64,000 bases of DNA from Candidatus Omnitrophota bacterium (GCA_903856085.1 CAIOAT010000013.1:231430-295429), one strand, 5' to 3'; positions 1-9,541 are shown, counted from the stretch's first letter. The notes: generated from the sequence alone by a model not told the origin. Translations and numbers: made by a program.

Positions 1-1488
1 ATCCGCAAAAGACGCGATCTGAGGAAGATGGGTCACAAGCAGGACTTGCCGCTCTCCGGAGATACTTTTGAGTTTCTGGCCTGTAACATGCCCCAGACGA
101 CCGCCGATATTGGTATCGATCTCATCAAAAATAAGCACGGGAACGGGATCCACCTGCATCAGCGCTTTTTTCATGGCAAGCATCACGCGGGAAGCCTCGC
201 CTCCGGAAATGATCTTCGCGATCCCGAGCATCGGTTGGCCCGGATTCATGCGTGCCATGAATTCCACTCGATCCGTCCCTTCCGCTGAAAAATCCACCTT
301 TTCGATCCGAGCCTCGAACTCCGCGTGCATGATCTGAAGGTCCTTCAATTCAGATTCAATGGTTTTTTTAAGCAACGCCCCCGCTTTTTTACGTTTCTCG
401 GAGAACTTAAGCGCGGCCTCACGAAGTTTCGGCTCCAAGCCCCGAATGTCTTTTTGAAGATCGCTTTTCGTCATCTCCATATCGATCAGCTTATCGTATT
501 TCGCCTTGGCCTCCTGATAAAATTCGAGCACCTTGGCATGCGTTCCTCCGTATTTGCGTTTGAGATGCTCCAGAAGGTCTAACTTTTTTTCAAGCTCCTG
601 GAGACGGTCAGGATCAAACGTCAGTTTTTCCCGGTAGTCCCGTAACACGCTGACCACTTCCTGCAGCGAATACTGGACGTTCTCGCAATCGGTTTTGACC
701 TTCTCGATCGAGCTGTCGAATTTGACCAGCCCTCTCAAGTCACGCACGGCTTCGGAAAAAAAACTGTCCGCGCTCGTATCATTCTCATCCAGCACCGCAA
801 GCGCATGGGACACGATCTCCGCGAGCTTTTCAGCATTCGCGAGTCGCATCCGCTCGAGCTCCAGCTCTTCTTCGTTCAGATCCTTGATCTCCGCGCGCTC
901 GATCTCATCCACCTGGTATTTGAGCACGTCCAGTTCCCGCTCCTTGTGCTCCTCAAGCGCCGCGAGTTCTTCTTGCTCCCTCATCAAGTGCGAATATTTT
1001 TCATAAAGGGCCTGGTAATCCTCCTTGAGTCCCTCGATTTTCGCGAAACGGTCAATGATACCCAGATGAGACGCGCTATCAAGAAGCCGCTGGTGATCAT
1101 ACTGGCCGTGGATGTCAATCAGGTAAGCACCGGCTTCCTTCAGAATGGAGAGTGGAACCAGTCGGTTGTTAATCCACGCGCGCGTCTTTCCCTGGGCGAA
1201 TTCCCGGCGCAGGATGAGCAGATCGTCTTCAGCGAGGTATGGCTCAAATACGGTTTGTTTTTTAAGAAAAGGGTCTTGGAGTTCAAACGCAGCTTCCACC
1301 TGGCAGGGTTTATCATTCGCTTCTTGCCTCAGCCCGTCCATGCGTTCGCCCAGGACGAACCTGATCGCATCGATCAAAATAGATTTGCCCGCACCTGTTT
1401 CCCCGGTCATCACGTTCATTTGACCGGAGAATTCGAGCGTCAGGTCCTCGATCAGCGCGAAATTTTTAATATGGAGTTGGGTCAGCAC
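1..1488 (-). CDS. recN: DNA repair protein RecN (3' end runs off the window)
   Basis: Absent from the ORF track (no stop in window). Manual translation from GTG at 1488 gives MLTQLHIKNFALIEDLTLEF...MTGETGAGKSILIDAI (Walker A), with ISGGEASRVMLAMK and FDEIDTNIGGR near the window start. Confidence 0.95.
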   Translation of the reverse strand, partial: MLTQLHIKNFALIEDLTLEFSGQMNVMTGETGAGKSILIDAIRFVLGERMDGLRQEANDKPCQVEAAFELQDPFLKKQTVFEPYLAEDDLLILRREFAQGKTRAWINNRLVPLSILKEAGAYLIDIHGQYDHQRLLDSASHLGIIDRFAKIEGLKEDYQALYEKYSHLMREQEELAALEEHKERELDVLKYQVDEIERAEIKDLNEEELELERMRLANAEKLAEIVSHALAVLDENDTSADSFFSEAVRDLRGLVKFDSSIEKVKTDCENVQYSLQEVVSVLRDYREKLTFDPDRLQELEKKLDLLEHLKRKYGGTHAKVLEFYQEAKAKYDKLIDMEMTKSDLQKDIRGLEPKLREAALKFSEKRKKAGALLKKTIESELKDLQIMHAEFEARIEKVDFSAEGTDRVEFMARMNPGQPMLGIAKIISGGEASRVMLAMKKALMQVDPVPVLIFDEIDTNIGGRLGHVTGQKLKSISGERQVLLVTHLPQIASFAD

Positions 1489-1643
1489 AGGATTCTCATT
1501 TAATAAGGTTTATTGGAAATCAGTGCCAGAATCATTCGAACCATCAGTATAACGCAACGATCCCTATTGCGAGACCCACTTTTCAACTTTCAGCCCAAAG
1601 CCAGGACCTATGACTGCGCCAAAGGATACAGAAAATCATCAGT

Positions 1644-2057
1644 CTATTCATCCGCGGGTTGGGCTCGAAGTTTTTTAAGCGCACCATGCCTCTGCTTAGC
1701 ATCGAGCATTTTGTCTTTCGCTCGTTTGGAACGTTTGCGTTTCTGCCGCCGGATCTTGGCAATTTGCTTGGCAGCCTCACTCTCCCGGCCCAGGATCCGC
1801 GCCTCCAGCTTTTCAGTCAACATCCGGCGCGCCCAATACCGGTTCATACCTTGCGTACGTTCTTTTTGACATTTGATAAAAAGACCCGTGGGCCGATGCT
1901 TCAGGACCACGCACGTGGATACCTTATTAACGTTCTGACCCCCTGGTCCCCCAGAACACACGAACGATTCCTCAAGATCCTGCTCGCGGATCCCGATCCG
2001 CGCCATTTGGCTCGCAAGTCCCTGCTGCTTCTTTTCAGACACCGGATAAACATTCAT
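1644..2057 (-). CDS. Peptide chain release factor-like protein (RF-1/GGQ domain; ArfB/C12orf65-like ribosome rescue factor)
   Basis: SGGPGGQNVNKVST motif and a basic C-terminal tail (KIRRQKRKRSKRAK); no codon-recognition domains. Confidence 0.9.
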   Translation of the reverse strand: MNVYPVSEKKQQGLASQMARIGIREQDLEESFVCSGGPGGQNVNKVSTCVVLKHRPTGLFIKCQKERTQGMNRYWARRMLTEKLEARILGRESEAAKQIAKIRRQKRKRSKRAKDKMLDAKQRHGALKKLRAQPADE

Positions 2058-2064
2058 AGAATTT

Positions 2065-2247
2065 TCATTCTTTTCCCTTGCTGGAAAAACAGCGTTTCCG
2101 CCCCTCGATAATAAGCGCCACGCCGGCCAAAAAGAAGGAGAGGAACCCCAGAAGCGAGAAAACCATGCTGGGCAAAGTCCCCACCCAGAACGCGCAACCG
2201 ATGAGTGCCAACCCAGGCAAGAGGTATTGCCAAAGATAATTTTTCAT
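2065..2247 (-). CDS. Small hypothetical membrane protein (~60 aa, 2 TM)
   Basis: MKNYLWQYLLPGLALIGCAFWVG...LLGFLSFFLAGVALII; two hydrophobic stretches; co-oriented with and just upstream of the RF-like gene. Confidence 0.5.
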   Translation of the reverse strand: MKNYLWQYLLPGLALIGCAFWVGTLPSMVFSLLGFLSFFLAGVALIIEGRKRCFSSKGKE

Positions 2248-2515
2248 AACAGGCATTCTCGCAGAATCGATCGGCAACCGCAAGCGGGACGGAAACCTGG
2301 AAATCCAGAGCACAAAACAATCCCGAAAGACGGCCCACAGTGAAATACGCCCGAGGTCTGGTTCTTTGTTGTGCTATCTTGATTTGATCGGGATTCCAGA
2401 GTACCATCCTCTTCTTAGATTTTTTAAGAGAATGGCAGGGCTGGCCCTAATTTCTGCATTGCTGAAATTGATAGACCTTGGGACCCTAGGTGCGTCGAAA
2501 AGGAGACGGACATCA

Positions 2516-3397
2516 ATGACACAGGTTTTGTGGGACGCCTTGAAAGACACGTTTGGAATGATACCGTGGCTTTTGGGGATCTATATAGCGCTTGAGATTC
2601 TTGAGAACAAGTCGGAATCTTTTATCGGAGAAAAGATCAGTCACCGGATGGGCGCGGCGCCTCTTTTGGGTGCGCTTCTGGGCTGCATGCCCCAATGTGG
2701 TTTTTCGGTCATAGCGGCCACGCTTTATGCCCGCAGATGCATTTCAAGGGGAACACTTCTGGCCGTTTTCCTATCAACCTCGGACGAAGCGATCCCTGTC
2801 ATCCTCGCCCAGCACGACAAAGCCCCGCTCGTCCTTTGGCTACTGCTCGTGAAAGTGATCCTTGCGACGGTCGCCGGATATGCGATCGATCTTATTTTTA
2901 AAAAGGACGCTTCTAAAATATTGCATTCTCCGCACGGCCCCGTGGTTCCCGAGGGAGGGCACAGACACTGCGACTGCCATGCTCATGGCCGAGAAATCCC
3001 AAAATGGAAAACCTTTTTTCTTTTCCCTTTGAAACACACGATGAGAGTTTTATTTTTTATTTTTGCAGTTTCGCTTACGATCGCCTTCCTGGTCGCAAAA
3101 TTTGGGGAAAAGGGCTTAGGGCACATCTTTTTCGCAGGGACCTTTTTCCAGCCCATGATCGCGGTCTTGGTGGGACTGATCCCGAACTGCGCCGCTTCCG
3201 TCGCCATCACCGAGATCTACCTCAAAGGCGGCATCACTTTCGGTTCCGCCATTGCAGGTCTTTCGGCCAGTGGCGGCCTGGGACTGTTGGTTCTCCTAAA
3301 AGAGAATAAAAATCGTAAAGAAAACGCTCTCATCATCAGCCTCCTTATTTTCGTTAGCCTCCTCGCGGGGATTGTTATTAATATTCTAATGCGCTAA
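2516..3397 (+). CDS. Putative manganese/metal transporter (ArsP_2/DUF2899-like permease)
   Basis: ATG at 2516 after AGGAG; GCMPQCGFSV, STSDEAIP and GLIPNCAASV motifs; His/Cys-rich central loop (HRHCDCHAH). Confidence 0.75.
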   Translation: MTQVLWDALKDTFGMIPWLLGIYIALEILENKSESFIGEKISHRMGAAPLLGALLGCMPQCGFSVIAATLYARRCISRGTLLAVFLSTSDEAIPVILAQHDKAPLVLWLLLVKVILATVAGYAIDLIFKKDASKILHSPHGPVVPEGGHRHCDCHAHGREIPKWKTFFLFPLKHTMRVLFFIFAVSLTIAFLVAKFGEKGLGHIFFAGTFFQPMIAVLVGLIPNCAASVAITEIYLKGGITFGSAIAGLSASGGLGLLVLLKENKNRKENALIISLLIFVSLLAGIVINILMR

Positions 3398-3405
3398 ACT
3401 TTCCT

Positions 3406-5961
3406 ATGCCAAATTCTCAAAACCTTAAAAATCAAAAACCGATCTCCTTTTTTAGTGCGGCAACGGCCGAAGATCTCCTCAAAGAATTTATGACCTCGTG
3501 GGGGGGCTTGTCCGAAGAAGAAGCCTCTTTGCGCATCGAAAGACACGGCCCCAACGAGCCGGCAAGAAAGAAAAAAAGGGCCGTGCTGGGACAACTCCTC
3601 CAGAAATTCACGGATCCGCTCGTCATTGTCCTTGTGATCATCGCCACCTTTTCTCTCTGTTTCGGAGAAAAGATCCAGGCACTGCTCGTCCTGCTCATGA
3701 TCTTCCTCAGCGTCTTTTTGTCCTTTTTCCAGGAGTATCGTTCCCACAAAGAAGCCGAAAAGCTAAGTGAACTCGTACGCGCCACGGCCACGGTCAACCG
3801 TGACGGGAAACAGATCGAAATCAAAATGCGCGAGATCGTCCCGGGCGACATCGTGGATCTTTACGCGGGCGACATGATCCCCGCGGACCTCCGCATTCTT
3901 TCCTGCAAAGATCTTTTCATCAACCAGTCGTCCTTGACCGGAGAATCTTTCCCCATTGAAAAAACTGCAGCGCCGGTCAAAACCGAAAGCCTTTCCGTTA
4001 CAAATCTGACGAACATCGCATTCATGGGATCAAGCGTTGTCAGCGGGACCGCATTGGGTCTTGTTATCCGGACTGGCATTGAAACTCAATTCGGAGAGGT
4101 TTCCCGCCGGCTGGCCAGCATCCGCACGCAGACCAGCTTCGACAAAGGCATCCATCAGTTCGTTTGGCTCATGATTAAAGTGATGATGGTGATGGTCGCC
4201 GCGATCTTTGTGATCAATTTGGTCACCAAAGGCGATTGGAAGAACGCTTTGCTTTTTTCACTTGCGGTCGCCGTCGGCCTGACGCCAGAAATGCTGCCGA
4301 TGCTCGTGACGATCAATCTTTCCAAAGGCGCCATCGCCATGTCCAAAAAGAAGGTCATCGTGAAGCGCCTCAACTCGATCCAGAACCTCGGCGCCATGAA
4401 CGTGATCTGTACGGACAAGACGGGTACCCTCACGCTGGACGATGTCGTGCTCGAACGCCATTGCGATGTGGTCCGAGCAGAGAACGAAGAAGTCCTCAAA
4501 TATGCCTTCATCAATAGTTTCTATCAAACCGGTCTCAAAAACCTGCTTGATCGCGCGATTTTGAAGCACGAATTGGTGCTGGCCCAACAATATAAGAAAG
4601 AGGACGAGATCCCGTTCGATTTCTCGCGCAGGATCATGTCGGTGATCGTCGAATCCGAAGGAAAACAGACGCTTATTTCCAAGGGGGCACCCGAGGAGAT
4701 CTTCAAACGTTGTCGCTATTACGAACTCGACGGCGAGATTCTGGAGATGGAAAACCTGATCCTATCGGATCTTAAAGAAGAGTATGACAGCCTAAGCGCC
4801 GACGGTTTCCGGGTCCTGGCCGTGGCTTATAAAAATATGTCGGAGAGAAAAAGCGTTTACAGCAAGGACGATGAAAAGGACCTCGTCTTGATCGGCTACC
4901 TCGCATTCCTCGACCCGCCGAAACCCAGCGCCAAGGAGACGATCCATCGCCTGAAAAATCTTGGCATCGAATTTAAAGTGCTGACAGGCGACAACGAACT
5001 TGTGACCAAAAAGATCTGCAGCCATGTCGGGCTTGATGTTCACGAGATCGTTACAGGCGACAAATTGGAGGCCACGAGCGATATCGCGCTCCGGGAACTC
5101 GTCAAAAAAACCACGGTCTTCGCGCGTCTCTCACCCCTTCAAAAGGAACGCGTCATTCATGCGCTTCACGAGAACGGACAGATCGTCGGGTATCTTGGAG
5201 ACGGCATTAATGACGCCCCCGCCCTCAAGACTTCAGATGTCGGCATTTCTGTCAATAACGCCGTCGATATCGCCAAGGAATCTGCGGACATCATCCTGCT
5301 TGAAAAAAGTCTTTTGGTCCTGGAAGACGGCGTCTTGGAGGGCCGCAGAACCTTCGGGAACATTATGAAATACATCAAGATGGGTTCGAGTTCTAATTTC
5401 GGGAATATGATCAGCATGACCGGGGCGAGCCTTTTCCTTCCCTTTCTCCCGATGCTTCCGATCCAGATCCTGTTCAACAATTTCCTTTATGATGTTTCTC
5501 AGGTCGCCATTCCCACAGACAATGTGGACGTCGATTATTTGAAAACTCCCAAAGGATGGGACATCAAAGCCATTCGAAGGTTCATGCTCATCTTTGGCCC
5601 TATCAGCTCCCTCTTTGATTTTTTAACCTTTGGACTCCTGCTTTTTGTTTTCCACGCTTCTCAGGAATTTTTCCATACCAGCTGGTTCCTGGAATCGCTG
5701 TGCACTCAAACTTTCATTATTTATATCATCCGGACCGCCAAAATACCCTTTATCGAAAGCCGCCCGAGCCGCTTCCTGGTCCTGATGTCAGTTTTCATCA
5801 TCGGGACCGCCTTCGCCATCACTCTTTCCCCGTGGGGGAAATTCTTCGGTTTTGTGCCTCCGACCTGGAGCTACGGCTTTGCGGTCTTCATGATCGTCCT
5901 CGCCTATCTCGCCCTCACGCAAAAAATCAAAGCTTGGTACGTAAAAAAGTTCGGCTACTAA
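3406..5961 (+). CDS. mgtA: Magnesium-translocating P-type ATPase
   Basis: TGES, GLTPEMLPM, DKTGTLT phosphorylation site, GDGINDAP, SSNFGN and NFLYD motifs typical of P3B ATPases. Confidence 0.93.
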   Translation: MPNSQNLKNQKPISFFSAATAEDLLKEFMTSWGGLSEEEASLRIERHGPNEPARKKKRAVLGQLLQKFTDPLVIVLVIIATFSLCFGEKIQALLVLLMIFLSVFLSFFQEYRSHKEAEKLSELVRATATVNRDGKQIEIKMREIVPGDIVDLYAGDMIPADLRILSCKDLFINQSSLTGESFPIEKTAAPVKTESLSVTNLTNIAFMGSSVVSGTALGLVIRTGIETQFGEVSRRLASIRTQTSFDKGIHQFVWLMIKVMMVMVAAIFVINLVTKGDWKNALLFSLAVAVGLTPEMLPMLVTINLSKGAIAMSKKKVIVKRLNSIQNLGAMNVICTDKTGTLTLDDVVLERHCDVVRAENEEVLKYAFINSFYQTGLKNLLDRAILKHELVLAQQYKKEDEIPFDFSRRIMSVIVESEGKQTLISKGAPEEIFKRCRYYELDGEILEMENLILSDLKEEYDSLSADGFRVLAVAYKNMSERKSVYSKDDEKDLVLIGYLAFLDPPKPSAKETIHRLKNLGIEFKVLTGDNELVTKKICSHVGLDVHEIVTGDKLEATSDIALRELVKKTTVFARLSPLQKERVIHALHENGQIVGYLGDGINDAPALKTSDVGISVNNAVDIAKESADIILLEKSLLVLEDGVLEGRRTFGNIMKYIKMGSSSNFGNMISMTGASLFLPFLPMLPIQILFNNFLYDVSQVAIPTDNVDVDYLKTPKGWDIKAIRRFMLIFGPISSLFDFLTFGLLLFVFHASQEFFHTSWFLESLCTQTFIIYIIRTAKIPFIESRPSRFLVLMSVFIIGTAFAITLSPWGKFFGFVPPTWSYGFAVFMIVLAYLALTQKIKAWYVKKFGY

Positions 5962-6096
5962 ACACGCGCCGCTTGGAAAACGTTGCGCGTTTTTGCGATC
6001 CGCTTTCCTTTCACCCCGCCACACGTTTTAATCCCTTCCCCGCTCATTCCATTTAAGCTACAATCCTCCTCATCACTCACCTTCCCGGAGGCTTTT

Positions 6097-6369
6097 ATGG
6101 ATTGGAAAGTTTTTTTGGCCACATTAAGTGCTATTTTTTTTGCGGAGCTTGCGGACAAAACCCAGTTTGTGGGAATCACCATGGCTTCCAAAACTGGGAA
6201 ACCCTTTTCCGTATTTCTGGGTTCGATCGCAGGCTATGCGCTGGTGACACTGATCTCGGTGGTCATCGGAACCCTCTTGGCGAAATACATCAAGCCTGAG
6301 ATCATTCGCTACACTGGTGCGACGGCATTCGTGATCATCGGAATGTTGATGTTCTTTAATAAATTGTAA
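6097..6369 (+). CDS. TMEM165/GDT1 (UPF0016) family single-repeat Mn2+/Ca2+ transporter
   Basis: ATG after GGAGG; FFAELADKTQ (variant of E-phi-G-D-K-T); 3 TM helices; 90 aa. Confidence 0.85.
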   Translation: MDWKVFLATLSAIFFAELADKTQFVGITMASKTGKPFSVFLGSIAGYALVTLISVVIGTLLAKYIKPEIIRYTGATAFVIIGMLMFFNKL

Positions 6370-6382
6370 TGTCCGAAAGGAC

Positions 6383-6531
6383 GTCATCCCCGAAGGGCTT
6401 AATCGGGGAGACATAAAACCAAGCTAGATTCCCGAGCTGAACGACCTATAAAGCTTCATAGGGAGTTGAGTGCGGCATTCGCTTTTAATGAAATCTTTAA
6501 TGAAAGCAAGCGCCGCTTTGACGGGAATGAC
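6383..6531. repeat. Degenerate REP/RPE-like palindromic element
   Basis: GTCATCCCCGA..TCGGGGA...AGATTCCCG...CGGGAATGAC ends; a related copy lies at 16029-16088. Confidence 0.5.
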
Positions 6532-6551
6532 AAAATAAAAAGGAGTACTCC

Positions 6552-6629
6552 ATGGCAAAAAAAGCGAAGAAAGTAGCAAAAAAGAAGACCAAGAAAGCCG
6601 CAAAAAAATCCAGTTGCTGCTGCCGTTAA
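6552..6629 (+). CDS. 25-aa Lys-rich peptide with C-terminal CCC (MAKKAKKVAKKKTKKAAKKSSCCCR)
   Basis: AAGGAG SD 6 nt upstream of ATG, strongly biased composition, followed by a perfect 15-bp hairpin. Below the ORF-track size cutoff. Confidence 0.75.
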   Translation: MAKKAKKVAKKKTKKAAKKSSCCCR

Positions 6630-6637
6630 CACATTCG

Positions 6638-6675
6638 CAAGCTACGAGGTTGAAAGGATCCAACCTCGTAGCTTG
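6638..6675 (+). terminator. Perfect 15-bp stem-loop after the small peptide gene (terminator or stabilising hairpin)
   Basis: CAAGCTACGAGGTTG-aaaggatc-CAACCTCGTAGCTTG; no clear U-tract. Confidence 0.55.
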
Positions 6676-6696
6676 AAATGGTTCTTGCTCAATTCA

Positions 6697-7431
6697 ATGA
6701 CAAACGCCCCTTACACGCAGTGCCCGATCCTCTTCGAAGACACGGACCTTCTTGTGATCAACAAGCCCGAAGGGGTTCTCTCCCATCCTAATCCCGGGAC
6801 TAAAAGTCCTGCTTCCGCTTTCGAAGGTCCTTATGATCTGGCTGAACGACGATTTCAAACGCCTCAAGGACCGATCTGGCTCATCCATCGCCTGGATCAA
6901 GACACCTCCGGAGTACTTCTGGCCGCAAAAAACAAGAAGAGTGTCGCGGCCTGTAGGAACGCTTTCGAGAACAGGCAAGTGAAGAAAAACTACATCGCCC
7001 TTGTTTCAAGACGGCCGATGCCACCCCACGGAATATGGCGCGACACGCTCATGGAAAACCGGTCCTCCGGCGGCATCCGTTCTGCCATCAATTATGCGGG
7101 AAAACCTAATGCTTTTTTAAATTACAAAATGAAAGAATATTTCCAGAAATTCAATCTGTCGCTTTTGGAGATCGAACTCTTGACCGGAAAAACGCATCAG
7201 ATCCGCGTGCAGTCGACCTATCGCGGCCACCCCGTCGCTGGTGACAGGATCTACGGAAATTTTACTCTCAATAAAGAGTTGCGGGCAGCTCTTGATCTGC
7301 ACAGGATGTTCCTACACGCCTGGCGGTTGGTCCTTCCACATCCCACGAGCGGAAAACTGCTCACCCTCGAATCCCCGCTCCCGGAAGACCTGGAAGATTG
7401 TCTGCTCAGAGTCTCTCCGCCGAAGCGATGA
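6697..7431 (+). CDS. RluA family pseudouridine synthase
   Basis: INKPEG, HRLDQDTSG (catalytic Asp), TGKTHQIRV, HPVAGDRIY, LHAW motifs. Confidence 0.93.
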   Translation: MTNAPYTQCPILFEDTDLLVINKPEGVLSHPNPGTKSPASAFEGPYDLAERRFQTPQGPIWLIHRLDQDTSGVLLAAKNKKSVAACRNAFENRQVKKNYIALVSRRPMPPHGIWRDTLMENRSSGGIRSAINYAGKPNAFLNYKMKEYFQKFNLSLLEIELLTGKTHQIRVQSTYRGHPVAGDRIYGNFTLNKELRAALDLHRMFLHAWRLVLPHPTSGKLLTLESPLPEDLEDCLLRVSPPKR

Positions 7432-9065
7432 AGGTCCTGCTTTTACAACCTCCCGTGCAGGATTTCTACAATACCGATATTCGCCTCCAGCCGATCGGCC
7501 TGGCGTATCTGAAAGCCGCCGCCAGAAAATTTCTCCCCGAGGTGAGCGTCACGATCAAGGACTATCATCACGGCTGGGGCCGGCGAACGATCCCTCTCCC
7601 GCGAGAGCTCACCTATCTAAAAGATTATTATTCCAAAGACGACAAAAGTCCGTTTTCAACATTTCATCATTATTATCATTTTGGCGCAGATTTTGACATG
7701 ATCGCTGAAGAGGTCGCGAAAGAAAAACCCGACCTCGTTGGCATCGCCTCTCTTTTCGCGCCATATCACCGCGAGGTTCTGCACTGCGCCGAGGCGATTA
7801 AAAAACGCTTTCCTGTTCCCATCCTGCTCGGAGGCTCTCAGGTATCCGCGATGCCAGAAGCGATGCTCGTACATCCCGCGATCGATTTTGTGATCCAAGG
7901 CGAGGGCGAGCGGCCGTTTGTAGAACTTTTAAAGATTTTGAAAAGCGGCAAGAATTTCAAGAAAGTTTCCAATTTGGGGTATAAGAAAAATGGGCGGGTA
8001 GTCTTCAACCCCCGGAAAGGGAATTTCCCGATCGGAACACTTCCTTTCCCTGATCTTTCCGACCTTCCTCAAGGTCATTATCTTTTCGAAAAAAAACCTC
8101 TGTGCTTTATCATCACTTCCCGTGGCTGTCCTTACCGCTGCACCTTTTGCTCGGTCCATAAGACATTCGGCTATCAATGTCGGCGCCGTTCCGCAGAAAA
8201 CATTCTTTCTGAGATCAAGCAGCGTTACCAAGAGGGCTATCGCGTCTTTGACTTTGAGGATGATAACCTTACGTTTGATCGGAAAGAAATGACGGACCTT
8301 TGCGGAAAACTCATTCGGACGTTCCCCCCAAAAGACATCCAACTCCTCGCCATGAACGGGGTCTGCTACTGGACGCTGGATAGCACTATCCTCAAGCTCA
8401 TGCGCCGAGCGGGATTTACGCATCTGAATCTTTCTCTCGTCAGCACGAACACATCATTGCTCAAAACCGTCCACCGGCCCAACCCGCTTAGAAAATACCG
8501 CGACGTCGTAGAGAAAGCGGTAGCCATCGGCTTTAAGGTCGTCGCATATCAAATCCTCGGGCTTCCGGGTGACACGCTCCCTTCAATGATCAAGACACTT
8601 CTCTTTAACGCCAAACTCCCGGTGCTTTTGGGAGCTTCTCCTTTTTATCTTATTCCCCACTCGCCGATCGCCCGACATTTCGATGAACCCTCTGAAACAG
8701 ATGTCTTCAGGGCGCGCCTCACGGCTATGGCCATTGAAACCAAAAACTTCCAGCGCGGAGATCTTTACACACTCCTCATCACGACCCGAATCCTGAACTT
8801 TTTGAAAGGAATCCCTACGAGAACCTCAAAAACTACCCTTTCCAGGGCCCTGGAGATCGCCGAAAAACAGGGTCCTCGCTTAACTGTTGGCGTGGAAATC
8901 TTGCAAAGACTGTTGAAAGAAAAGAAGTTTTACGCCTCGACTGCGAAAGGCCTTGAACCGCTCCCCCGCTTCAAATCCGAACTATTCTTCCAATTGTGGC
9001 AAAAACTTGATAACATCAAAACCCAGGCAAATAAAACTATTGAACTTGGGGGAGACCGTCGATGA
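7428..9065 (+). CDS. B12-binding domain radical SAM protein
   Basis: N-terminal cobalamin-binding region (PIGLAYL, GEGE); SRGCPYRCTFC CxxxCxxC; FEDDN; ATGA overlap with the RluA gene. Confidence 0.88.
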   Translation: MKVLLLQPPVQDFYNTDIRLQPIGLAYLKAAARKFLPEVSVTIKDYHHGWGRRTIPLPRELTYLKDYYSKDDKSPFSTFHHYYHFGADFDMIAEEVAKEKPDLVGIASLFAPYHREVLHCAEAIKKRFPVPILLGGSQVSAMPEAMLVHPAIDFVIQGEGERPFVELLKILKSGKNFKKVSNLGYKKNGRVVFNPRKGNFPIGTLPFPDLSDLPQGHYLFEKKPLCFIITSRGCPYRCTFCSVHKTFGYQCRRRSAENILSEIKQRYQEGYRVFDFEDDNLTFDRKEMTDLCGKLIRTFPPKDIQLLAMNGVCYWTLDSTILKLMRRAGFTHLNLSLVSTNTSLLKTVHRPNPLRKYRDVVEKAVAIGFKVVAYQILGLPGDTLPSMIKTLLFNAKLPVLLGASPFYLIPHSPIARHFDEPSETDVFRARLTAMAIETKNFQRGDLYTLLITTRILNFLKGIPTRTSKTTLSRALEIAEKQGPRLTVGVEILQRLLKEKKFYASTAKGLEPLPRFKSELFFQLWQKLDNIKTQANKTIELGGDRR

Positions 9066-9541
9066 AATTAAAAAATTTTCTCAAATTTATTTTTGCGTTT
9101 ATCCTTTGTCAGGGTGCCGGCGCCGCAGGCTCGGTCTACACGCTGCCCGCCATCCCGGGTTGGTACAAGTCTCTCCAAAAACCATTCTTCTCGCCTCCTG
9201 ACTGGGTGTTTGGGCCTGTCTGGACCCTTCTTTTTACGCTGATGGCAGTTGCAGTCTGCCTTGTATGGGCCAAAGGCCTCAAAGAAGCGGACGTCCGAAA
9301 AGCACTTATCGTCTTTCTTGTACAGCTGGCTCTGAACAGCTTCTGGTGTTTTCTTTTCTTCGGCCTCCGGTCTCCGCTTTACGGCCTCATTGAGATTTTT
9401 GTTCTCTGGTTCATGATTTTGATTACAATACTCCAATTTCTCAAGGTTTCACGGTGGGCCGCAGGGCTGCTGGTTCCTTATCTTTTATGGGTAAGTTTTG
9501 CAAGCAGCCTCAATTTTGGAATATTTCTTTTAAACAGATAG
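9062..9541 (+). CDS. tspO: TspO/MBR tryptophan-rich sensory protein
   Basis: WYKSLQKPFFSPPDWVFGPVWT and LVPYLLWVSFASSLN motifs. Confidence 0.92.
   Translation: MKLKNFLKFIFAFILCQGAGAAGSVYTLPAIPGWYKSLQKPFFSPPDWVFGPVWTLLFTLMAVAVCLVWAKGLKEADVRKALIVFLVQLALNSFWCFLFFGLRSPLYGLIEIFVLWFMILITILQFLKVSRWAAGLLVPYLLWVSFASSLNFGIFLLNR

Noticed and set aside
28-1503. Several + strand ORFs (86-232 aa)
   Set aside because: Antisense shadows of recN, which the ORF track missed because it has no stop in the window.
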